From: Bdellovibrionales bacterium
Lineage (GTDB): Bacteria; Bdellovibrionota; Bdellovibrionia; Bdellovibrionales; UBA1609
Length of the DNA stretch: 64,000 bases
NCBI GenBank assembly: GCA_041690295.1
Contig: JAWLHR010000009.1
Span: 32,001-96,000 of the forward strand
Reading direction: 5' to 3'
Shown: piece after piece, positions 56,157 through 64,000 of the stretch
Numbering within the stretch: position 1 is the stretch's first letter
Layout of the letters: each line of letters starts with the position of its first letter
Notes under the pieces: model-generated
The model's database searches: none
What the model was told of the DNA's origin: nothing
What the model saw: only the letters and a program-made list of their open reading frames with translations
Program-made: the position numbers and the translations under genes

Positions 56157-57212
56157 ATGTTTTTTCAGTCCAAAAAATTGATCGGACTCGACATTGGCAC
56201 GGCCAATATTAAGATGGCCGAGCTAGATGTTTCCCGCAAGTCCGCGACGTTGACCTCGTTCGCGATCATGCCCACTCCGGCGCGCGCGATCAACGGCGGT
56301 GAAATTTCCGACCCAGCGGCGATCTCCGACACTTTGAAATCCATGCTGATGAATCTCAAAACCAAGCGCAAGATGGTTTCGGTCGCGCTCTGGGGATCAA
56401 GTGTCATCACCAAACGCATCGGCATTCCCATGATGGACGAGAAGCTGGTGGCTGGCCAGATCAAGTGGGAAGCTGAGCAGTACATTCCCTTTGATATCAG
56501 TGAAGTGAACATTGATTACAAAATCCTTAAACAATTCCAGTCGAGTCCTGAGACAATGGATATTTTGCTGGTCGCGGCCCGACAGGACGTGGCCTTCTTG
56601 TATCAGGACATCGTGCAGAGCGCGGGCCTGGAATGTTCGGTGATCGACGTGAGCGGCTTCGCGCTCGCCAATTGTTATCTTCACAACTGGCGTTCACAAA
56701 AAGGCCAGACCGTCGCCTTGTTGAATCTCGGTGCCGCGATTTCCAATTTCATCGTTATTGAAAATGATGAAGTGATTTTCTGTCGTGACATTCCCGTCGG
56801 CGGACTTGCGTACACGACGGAAATTCACAAAGCCATGGGTATGAGCATGGAAGAGGCGGAAGCGTTGAAGATCTCCGCCTGTACCGGTCGGGCGGCGCCC
56901 GAGGATGTCACCCGTATCATTCAATCCACCCATGAGTTGATCGCCGAGGAAGTGCAAAGCAGTTTGGACTTTTTCGCCAATACGACGCCCGGCTTGCCGG
57001 TGAAGCAATGTTTCGTCACCGGTGGAGCGAGCCGGACTCTGGGTTTGATTCCGTTCATCAGTAAGCACACGAAACTGAATCTCGAAGGTTTTGATCCGTT
57101 CCGCGAAATTCGCGTGAATGATCGTGTGATGGGGCCGGATTACGTGGCCGAGATACGGGATTTCGCTTCGGTCGCGATTGGACTGGGATTACGGTCTCCG
57201 GGGGATAACTGA
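56157..57212 (+). CDS. pilM: Type IV pilus assembly protein PilM
   Basis: IGLDIG...IK, EAEQYIPF, LLVAA, TGGA, AIGLGLR. Confidence 0.95.
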   Translation: MFFQSKKLIGLDIGTANIKMAELDVSRKSATLTSFAIMPTPARAINGGEISDPAAISDTLKSMLMNLKTKRKMVSVALWGSSVITKRIGIPMMDEKLVAGQIKWEAEQYIPFDISEVNIDYKILKQFQSSPETMDILLVAARQDVAFLYQDIVQSAGLECSVIDVSGFALANCYLHNWRSQKGQTVALLNLGAAISNFIVIENDEVIFCRDIPVGGLAYTTEIHKAMGMSMEEAEALKISACTGRAAPEDVTRIIQSTHELIAEEVQSSLDFFANTTPGLPVKQCFVTGGASRTLGLIPFISKHTKLNLEGFDPFREIRVNDRVMGPDYVAEIRDFASVAIGLGLRSPGDN

Positions 57213-57215
57213 ACC

Positions 57216-57821
57216 ATGATTCGCGTTAACCTGCTCAAAAACAGAGTCTCTGAACAGGCCACCGTGGTTCAGTCGTCAGGCGGCGGCAGTGAGATGCGGG
57301 ATAACATCGTCAAGATCGTTTTCCTGGCCGTCTTCACGGTGGGCCTCATGGTCTATGAAGGACAGATGATCCGCAAGCTCAACGACGACAATAACCGTCT
57401 GCAAGTCCGGTTGAATGAATTGGAAGCCGAAGCGGCGGCCAAGGCGCGCGAAACCGACACCGTCAGAGATGTGGAAAAGCAGGCGAGGGAGCTTGAGGAC
57501 AAACTTAAGATTTTGAAATTGCTTTCGCGGCTGCGCTTGAGGGAGGTCAAAACCCTCGATTTCATGCAGAGCTCGATTCCGGAAAAGGTATGGCTTAGAA
57601 CAATCAATTTCGAATCGAACGAGGATCAGGTTGATGATGGAAGTTACCAGTTCACCGGCCGGGCCGTCGGCACGGAAGATCTCTCGGAGTTCGTGAAGCG
57701 ACTGGAGGAGAGCGCTTATCTGCGTGAAGTGATCGTGGTCAAAAATCAGGAAGTGACGTTGCAAGGGAAAGCCGTTGTCCGGGATTTCACTTTCACGGCG
57801 GAAGTGGAGAACAGGCAGTGA
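57216..57821 (+). CDS. pilN: PilN
   Basis: MIRVNLL motif, TM, coiled coil, IPEKVWL. Confidence 0.92.
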   Translation: MIRVNLLKNRVSEQATVVQSSGGGSEMRDNIVKIVFLAVFTVGLMVYEGQMIRKLNDDNNRLQVRLNELEAEAAAKARETDTVRDVEKQARELEDKLKILKLLSRLRLREVKTLDFMQSSIPEKVWLRTINFESNEDQVDDGSYQFTGRAVGTEDLSEFVKRLEESAYLREVIVVKNQEVTLQGKAVVRDFTFTAEVENRQ

Positions 57822-58426
57822 TTACCGATCTCCTGAATCGCATGACGGTCGCGCGCTCGATGATCATCGGAATATTGGTCGCGGCGCTCTATTATTTCGT
57901 TGTGTTTGATTCGGGAATGCTTCAGCAATCGCAAATCGCGGCCAAAAACCAGCGGATTCAGGAATTGCAAAGGCAGATCGTTGAAGATCAAAAAAAACTG
58001 GAGCGGGCGTTGATCTACAAGCAGACCGCCGCGGAAATCGGAAGTACGATCAACAAGCTGCTGAGTTTGGTGCCGGAAAAATTCGGTATGTCGGATCTCA
58101 TGCGCATTGTTTCCAATGAGGCCAAAGTGGCCGGGTTGTCCATGGCGGGAGTCACTCCCGGATCGGTACGGGTTTCGCCGGTGGCTTCGGAGTTCGAGGA
58201 ACTGACCGCTTCGATCGAATTGCAGGGAAGCTTTCTCCAGCACATGGTGTTCCTTTCGAATCTGACCAAGATCAATCAAATTTTGATCACGAAAAAGATC
58301 GATTTCACCCATCTTAAGGACAATCGTGGCGAGGAACCTCCCACTGTGGGAATGAAAGCGGTGATCGTGGCCTACCGTTACCGTGGGAATGACGGAAACG
58401 CCTCTCAGGGAGGGCAGTCTCAATGA
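57818..58426 (+). CDS. pilO: PilO
   Basis: TM, coiled coil, GSF.....FL..L; operon position. Confidence 0.9.
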   Translation: MITDLLNRMTVARSMIIGILVAALYYFVVFDSGMLQQSQIAAKNQRIQELQRQIVEDQKKLERALIYKQTAAEIGSTINKLLSLVPEKFGMSDLMRIVSNEAKVAGLSMAGVTPGSVRVSPVASEFEELTASIELQGSFLQHMVFLSNLTKINQILITKKIDFTHLKDNRGEEPPTVGMKAVIVAYRYRGNDGNASQGGQSQ

Positions 58427-59004
58427 GGAGGAATGAACTTCTTCAGCTGCTTTCGTACTTGGCCGCTTCCCTGATCAGCGTGGGTTTCGCGTTCGTCATC
58501 TCATTGAAATTTTTGGGTCCATCGCGCGCTCAGGCTCCGACTCCGCCGCCGGCCGCGGAGCCACAGGCTCCGGGTCAGCCGCCGGGTGCGAATCAAGCTG
58601 ACGGGGGACTGATCACCGCGGCCGAGGCCACCTCCGGAATTTCCGAGCTGGAAGGGTTTTTGGAACCGTTCATCTATGACATCGTCAATCGGCGCGACCC
58701 CTTCCAGGCTTTCGCCGAGTATGTACCCATTGAGGACATCGGAACCCAGCGGCCGCTCTCTCCGGCGCAGCGGTTTGATCTGGATCAGTTGCAGTTAATT
58801 GGAATTTTGTGGGACGTAAAAGAACCAAAAGCGATGTTCGTCGACCCGGACAAGGAAGTCCTGGTGTTAGGCCGCGACGAAAGTATTGGGAACCGCAACG
58901 GCTATATCGCCGCCATACGTGAAGGCGAAGTTGTTGTGGTCGAGGCCGTGCGAAAACGGGGCGATATTATTTATCGCACAAGAGTCCTTCGCATGGAGCG
59001 CTAA
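58423..59004 (+). CDS. pilP: PilP
   Basis: YD...RRDPF, FDLDQLQLIGI, IGNRNG. Confidence 0.9.
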   Translation: MRRNELLQLLSYLAASLISVGFAFVISLKFLGPSRAQAPTPPPAAEPQAPGQPPGANQADGGLITAAEATSGISELEGFLEPFIYDIVNRRDPFQAFAEYVPIEDIGTQRPLSPAQRFDLDQLQLIGILWDVKEPKAMFVDPDKEVLVLGRDESIGNRNGYIAAIREGEVVVVEAVRKRGDIIYRTRVLRMER

Positions 59005-59037
59005 ATCTGGTCTAATAAATTATTGGGGGTGTCACGG

Positions 59038-61197
59038 ATGATACGCTTCATAGTCGGGCTTCTCGCCGTATTTTTTCTTGGAACTTCCTTGGTGTCGTGC
59101 ACATCCGGGGATGTGGATAGTGAAACATCCGAAAGCATGGAGCCGATCATGGACGCCGATCTTGCCGCCGATGAAGGCGGTGGGGATGTGGCGGATGCCG
59201 GAGATGTATTGGAGATCGAAGGCGCCGAAGGTGAGGTGGACGCGGAAATCGGCAATGTGAGTGAGGCCGATCCCGAATCCGAAAGCGCCCTTGAGGCGGA
59301 GCTGGATGCTGAACTTGAATCCGAAGAAGTGGCGGCTCAAGATCAGGAAGGACAAACCGTGGCCGAGGCATCGGACGAACCTCCGCCCAGTGAGCTTGAG
59401 GATCTTCCGGCCGATGATTTGGAGGCGCCTCCCGCCGAGCCGATCGCGGAAGAACCCATCGCACCGCCACCACCCGTGGCGGAAAAAGCCAGAATCCGGG
59501 ACATTCGTTATTTGGCCAATTCCACTGGCGGTACGGTGGTGATCGAAACCAACCAACCCGTCACCTATCAAACGAGAATGAACACGGCGACCAATCAATT
59601 CATCATTGAAATGGCCGACGTTGAATTACCGCAGGAATTGCAACGTCCGTACAACACACAAGGCGCGGGTTCCCGTATCGGGGGCATTAACGCTTATCAG
59701 ACCGCCGGATCCACCACGGCCAGAATTGTGGTTCAACTCGCTGGGCCCACCGGTGGTGCGGAGCCCGTTGTGCAACAAGAGGGAACTTCGCTGGTGGTGA
59801 TTCCGCCAATGGCGCCTCCGGTGGCGAAGGCGCCTCCTCCCGCGCCCGAGCCCGCGGAGAAGAAAACCAGCTCGGGCGAAGCGCTGTCCGCACGGACATT
59901 GGATGAGTTCTTGACCGGAAACCAGAAATTTTATGGTCGGTTGATTTCACTACAGGTGAAAGACGCCGATGTTCGGGACGTCGTGAACTTTCTCGCCGAG
60001 GAAAGCGGCGCGAACATCGTGATGTCGGACGATGTCGATGGAAAAATCTCGCTGAAGTTGCGCCGGGTGCCCTGGGATCAGGCGCTCGTGACCTTGATGA
60101 GAGCCAAGGGCCTGGGCTATATCCGCCAGGGCAATGTTCTCCGCATAAGCACGCTCCGGTCCCTGCAGCTTGAAACCGAAGCCGCCACCAAGATTATCGA
60201 ATCGCAAAAATCCATCACACCGAGGACGGTGGAGGTCATTCCGATCAGCTATGCGGCTCTCGATGATTTGCAGAAAAATATCGCTCCCTTTTTATCTCGA
60301 GATGGAAAAGTGGTGGCGGATAACCGGACCAGCACGATCATCGTGGCCGACAGATCCGAAGCGGTGGACCGCGTTCGCAAGCTGGTTAAAACGCTCGATA
60401 TTCCACCGGCGCAAGTTTCAATCGAGAGCAAAATCGTCGAAGCCATCGAAAGCTTCTCCAATTTTCTGGGCGTGAATTGGGGATTCGCCGGCTCTCCTGT
60501 GAATCTCAGCGCCAGCGGTGGTCCATACGGTTCGCCCATCGATCTGACGATGAATGTCCGCTCCGAGATTATCAGCGCGGACTTCGCCCGAACCAACCCT
60601 TTCAATGCCAACCTGAACATCGGTACGCTGGATTTCTTCGGCAATCTTCAGGCGGCGTTGACCCTGGCGGAACGGGATTCGCTGGCCAAAGTCATTTCGG
60701 CGCCGCGAATCTCCGCCATGAATCGTGAGAAGTCGACCATCACGCAGGAAGGCGAAAACGTTTCCTTGAAAACTTCACGAAACGAGCAGACCCAAACCAT
60801 CGCCAAGGAAGCGGTCCGCACCCCTTTCAAGCTGGAAATGTCGGTTACTCCGCAGATCACCGCCGATGGCGGTGTGATCATGGACCTGGACGTGAAGCGT
60901 GAGTTCATCGGTCCGATCGAAGATGAGGAGACCAAAGTTCGCTCGATCAACAAACGATCGGCGAAAACCAAGGTTTTGGTGAAAAACGGGCAGACCGCGG
61001 TGATCGGTGGAATCTATACCAATGATGAACTTGAGGCTTCCAACGGTGTTCCCGGGTTAAAAAATATTCCTCTCATCGGTTGGCTGTTTAAGAATAGATC
61101 CAAGGAGCGGAGCAAGACGGAATTGCTGATTTTCCTCACGCCGCGGATTATGGCTCAAGATGATATGAGCCAACAAAACACAACCGTGATGAACTAG
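59038..61197 (+). CDS. pilQ: Type IV pilus secretin PilQ
   Basis: AMIN-like domain, VPWDQAL, VTPQIT, GQTAVIGG, ELLIFLTPRI. Confidence 0.95.
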   Translation: MIRFIVGLLAVFFLGTSLVSCTSGDVDSETSESMEPIMDADLAADEGGGDVADAGDVLEIEGAEGEVDAEIGNVSEADPESESALEAELDAELESEEVAAQDQEGQTVAEASDEPPPSELEDLPADDLEAPPAEPIAEEPIAPPPPVAEKARIRDIRYLANSTGGTVVIETNQPVTYQTRMNTATNQFIIEMADVELPQELQRPYNTQGAGSRIGGINAYQTAGSTTARIVVQLAGPTGGAEPVVQQEGTSLVVIPPMAPPVAKAPPPAPEPAEKKTSSGEALSARTLDEFLTGNQKFYGRLISLQVKDADVRDVVNFLAEESGANIVMSDDVDGKISLKLRRVPWDQALVTLMRAKGLGYIRQGNVLRISTLRSLQLETEAATKIIESQKSITPRTVEVIPISYAALDDLQKNIAPFLSRDGKVVADNRTSTIIVADRSEAVDRVRKLVKTLDIPPAQVSIESKIVEAIESFSNFLGVNWGFAGSPVNLSASGGPYGSPIDLTMNVRSEIISADFARTNPFNANLNIGTLDFFGNLQAALTLAERDSLAKVISAPRISAMNREKSTITQEGENVSLKTSRNEQTQTIAKEAVRTPFKLEMSVTPQITADGGVIMDLDVKREFIGPIEDEETKVRSINKRSAKTKVLVKNGQTAVIGGIYTNDELEASNGVPGLKNIPLIGWLFKNRSKERSKTELLIFLTPRIMAQDDMSQQNTTVMN

Positions 61198-61210
61198 AAC
61201 TGCTCCACTA

Positions 61211-61236
61211 GCCCTGCAGGCTGGTAGGGCGGTTTT
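61211..61236 (+). terminator. Probable intrinsic terminator after pilQ
   Basis: GCCCTGC/GTAGGGC stem followed by GGTTTT. Confidence 0.45.
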
Positions 61237-61789
61237 AGCGGGTAAAGAAGTAAGCGAATTTCTCAAACCGGTCGGTGGCGACACCGTCCGCATCCACGAA
61301 ATAGCCGATGGGCTGAACCTTGACGCGATAACGGTAGTTGCCGGCGGAGTTTTTGGGGTTCGATTCGGCGATGAACATGACCGGGCCCGAGAAACAGTTG
61401 GTGTTGGCGTTGTCCACGCGCAATTCTTGAGAGACGCCCGGGGCCCATGTGCCGAAGCTCGTGTATTCACACTCATAATTTTCAAAGGTTTCATTTTTTT
61501 CAGAGGGATCAAAATACGATTCGACTGTTATGGGGGTGCCTGAATCGGAAATGCCCGTGACTTCGATCTTCATCGACACGATGACAAAAGTACCTTCGGT
61601 CTGGTTGTCGATTCGAACAGTGAACATGAAATAGGGTGGGGTTCGGTCCGTGCCCGAAGGAGCGCCCAAGAGAACAATGGGCTCCTTCGGATTGACAATG
61701 ATCTTGGCTTTGGCCGCCGGATTCTTGTCGTTTCCGCACTGCACGAGAAGCGCTGCTGAGAAAAGTATTAAAATGAGGTTTTTCATCAT
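61235..61789 (-). CDS. Hypothetical beta-rich lipoprotein
   Basis: MMKNLILILFSAALLVQC lipobox-like signal; Ig-like strand pattern; one Cys pair. Confidence 0.7.
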   Translation of the reverse strand: MMKNLILILFSAALLVQCGNDKNPAAKAKIIVNPKEPIVLLGAPSGTDRTPPYFMFTVRIDNQTEGTFVIVSMKIEVTGISDSGTPITVESYFDPSEKNETFENYECEYTSFGTWAPGVSQELRVDNANTNCFSGPVMFIAESNPKNSAGNYRYRVKVQPIGYFVDADGVATDRFEKFAYFFTR

Positions 61790-61824
61790 TGGTCCGCTCA
61801 TAGTTGTGTCTTTCAACAATAGAT

Positions 61825-61852
61825 AAATCGGCAGATTTCATTTACTTATTTA
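61825..61852 (-). promoter_or_regulatory. sigma28-like promoter TAAAT-N15-GCCGATTT
   Basis: Motif and spacing match the other sites. Confidence 0.5.
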
Positions 61853-61875
61853 ATAGACCCCGATAGATCATAGCC

Positions 61876-63168
61876 ATGGATCTTTTTGAGACAGTTCCGG
61901 TCAATCCCCAGCTTCTTCCTTTAGCTGAGCGTTTGCGGCCCAAGCGCCTCGAAGACTTCGCCGGCCAGGAAAAGGTCATGTCGGTGCTCAAGCCGTATCT
62001 TAATGAGCCACAGCGCATGCCCAATCTTATTCTTTGGGGCCCTCCCGGAAGTGGAAAAACCACCTTGGCACGGGTGATCGCGCAACATTCGAATGCCAAA
62101 TTCATTGAACTGAACGCGGTGGAAACGGGTGCGAAAGAGATCCGCGCGTTGGGCGAAGACGCCCATTATCGTAAGTTGCAGGGCGATCAGACGATTATTT
62201 TTATCGACGAAATTCACCGTTTGAACCGCGCTCAGCAGGACGTGCTCCTGCCATTCACCGAGGCGGGCGATTTCATTCTCATCGGCGCCACCACGGAGAA
62301 TCCCAGCTATGAACTCAATTCAGCGTTACTCAGCCGATCCAGAGTCTTGGTTTTCTCACGGCTGGAGTCACACCACTTACAACAGCTCATGCGGCGGGGA
62401 GCACGTGAACTCGGCGTGGAGCTGGATTCGGTTCTGACCGAGGACGCTCAAACGTTACTGACGGAAATGGCCGACGGCGATGCCCGAAGATTGCTGACGG
62501 CATTGGAATCTTTGATTGTGCATTCGCGCGGTTTATCCGAGCCGCTCACACCCGAACAGGTGAGGGAGAACCTCGGTGCCGCTCACCTTCGTTACGACAA
62601 AAAAGCCGACGAACACTATGACTGCATTTCGGCGTTCATAAAGAGTATTCGCGGCAGTGACCCCGATGCGGGGATTTACTACCTGGCGCGGATGCTGGCC
62701 GGTGGGGAAGACCCGGTTTTCATCGCCCGACGTCTGGTGATTCTGGCTTCGGAAGACATCGGCAATGCGGATCCCCGAGCGCTGACATTAGCGGTTTCGG
62801 GACTTCAGGCGGTCGAATTGGTGGGGATGCCCGAGGCGGCGATTTGCCTGGCGCAAGTGGTGACTTACCTAAGCTGCGCCCCGAAATCCAACGCCTCTTA
62901 TATGGCGATCAACAAGGCCAAAGAAACCGTCGAGAAAACCGGAACCCTGGAAATCCCCTTGGCTCTTCGCTCGGCCCGCACGCCGCTCGCCAAAAAGCTT
63001 GGGTACGGCAAGGGCTACCGCTACGCCCATGACGGCGAAACCGGTTGGCAGCCGATGGATTTCCTGCCGGAAAGGCTCAAAGGCACGAAGTTTTATGAGT
63101 TGTCCGATCATGGATTTGAAAAAACCATGCGGCAGTATCTCGAGTGGATGAAGGGTATCAAGTCTTAA
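61876..63168 (+). CDS. rarA: Replication-associated recombination protein A (RarA/MgsA)
   Basis: PLAERLRP, GPPGSGKTT, DEIHR, GATTENP, SAFIKSIRGSD, EDIGNADP. Confidence 0.96.
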   Translation: MDLFETVPVNPQLLPLAERLRPKRLEDFAGQEKVMSVLKPYLNEPQRMPNLILWGPPGSGKTTLARVIAQHSNAKFIELNAVETGAKEIRALGEDAHYRKLQGDQTIIFIDEIHRLNRAQQDVLLPFTEAGDFILIGATTENPSYELNSALLSRSRVLVFSRLESHHLQQLMRRGARELGVELDSVLTEDAQTLLTEMADGDARRLLTALESLIVHSRGLSEPLTPEQVRENLGAAHLRYDKKADEHYDCISAFIKSIRGSDPDAGIYYLARMLAGGEDPVFIARRLVILASEDIGNADPRALTLAVSGLQAVELVGMPEAAICLAQVVTYLSCAPKSNASYMAINKAKETVEKTGTLEIPLALRSARTPLAKKLGYGKGYRYAHDGETGWQPMDFLPERLKGTKFYELSDHGFEKTMRQYLEWMKGIKS

Positions 63169-63277
63169 GTCGCCGAATTAAAGAGATTTAATATAGTTCT
63201 AATCTCCTCTTAAAAAATCTCCATATTCCGTTTTGAATTCGATTTTTTTATTATCGAGTTCATTAAGGAGGAAAGAG

Positions 63278-64000
63278 ATGAAGAAAAGTGCAGGTCGATT
63301 CATTCTCGCATCTGGTTTTCTTTTATTCGCGCTTTTACTCTTGGGATTGAAAATCGAATTCCCTACAAGTTCCAGGGCCGAGCCGCACTGGCAGGAAAGC
63401 TCGCGATCCGCGACCGCTCCGGCGCCGGGAATAGATTTGCAGGCCTTGAATCAGGCGTTCACCGGTTTGGCGGAGAGACTTTCGCCCTCGGTCGTGAACA
63501 TTTACACAAGGACCAAAGTTCATGCGGACCTGCCGGACGAGATGTTTCACTTTTTCTTCGGCAATCCGTTCGGTGACAGGTTTGGTGTGATTCCGATGGA
63601 ACGTGAGGCGCAGAGTTTGGGTTCCGGCTTTATCATCAACGACAAAGGTTTCATTGTCACCAATACGCATGTTGTAAGACATGCCGGCCGCAACGCCGAC
63701 GAAATCATGGTGAAGTTTTTGAAACAGGATCAAGGCAACGGCTATCCGGCGGAAGTGGTTGGTGTGGACGAGCGAACGGATGTGGCGCTTTTAAAACTTA
63801 AGTCACCGATGTCCCAACTGACCGTGGCGCCTCTGGGTGACAGTGACAAAGCCAAAGTCGGCGAATGGGTGATCGCCATCGGCAATCCCTATGGACATGC
63901 CCACACCGTCACACAAGGAATAGTCAGCGCGCTGGGACGAAGCCTTGAAAACGTTCAAACGGAGTTCATTCAAACTTCGGCCAGCATCAATCCCGGAAAT
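63278..64000 (+). CDS. HtrA/DegQ (Do-family) serine protease, 3' truncated by the window end
   Basis: Own translation (absent from the ORF track because there is no stop): AAGGAGG RBS, signal/TM, SLGSGFII, TNTHVV, TDVALL, AIGNPYG, IQTSASINPGN. Confidence 0.92.
   Translation, partial: MKKSAGRFILASGFLLFALLLLGLKIEFPTSSRAEPHWQESSRSATAPAPGIDLQALNQAFTGLAERLSPSVVNIYTRTKVHADLPDEMFHFFFGNPFGDRFGVIPMEREAQSLGSGFIINDKGFIVTNTHVVRHAGRNADEIMVKFLKQDQGNGYPAEVVGVDERTDVALLKLKSPMSQLTVAPLGDSDKAKVGEWVIAIGNPYGHAHTVTQGIVSALGRSLENVQTEFIQTSASINPGN

Noticed and set aside
63170..63275. AT-rich tract as a possible origin or foreign DNA
   Set aside because: No DnaA boxes or repeats seen; consistent with the htrA promoter region

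Overview
A gene-dense bacterial chromosome segment of moderately high GC (roughly 50-55% by eye). Gene content and order point to a predatory Bdellovibrionota, close to the Bdellovibrio bacteriovorus region I recall as about Bd0741-Bd0870. Main blocks in order: pgi with a DgcB-type FHA-GGDEF cyclase; a DslA-like lysozyme; an ECF sigma factor; PIN-PhoH; an orphan CpaF/TadA; eno, ftsB and polA; fliL; an FHA sigma54 activator; engB-kdsB-pyrG-kdsD; a complete Glt/Agl gliding-type operon; lptCA-lptB-rpoN; metK-lepA-3x lepB; pyrB-carA-orf-carB; pilHI-pilD-pilMNOPQ; rarA; and the 5' part of an HtrA/DegQ protease. I saw no rRNA, tRNA, CRISPR array, phage or IS. Most notable observations: (i) a ~280-nt intergenic element upstream of the ECF sigma gene with nested, mutually exclusive base-pairings (candidate new structured RNA or switch); (ii) two DslA-family lysozyme-like genes, one apparently sigma28-driven and a divergent one apparently sigma54-driven; (iii) an apparent GltD-GltE fusion; (iv) a sigma28-driven orf-cupredoxin-CpaF mini-operon; (v) recurring leaderless promoter geometry; (vi) lineage-specific secreted genes with their own sigma54-type promoters inserted into conserved operons. 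All calls come from reading motifs by eye; no searches were run.
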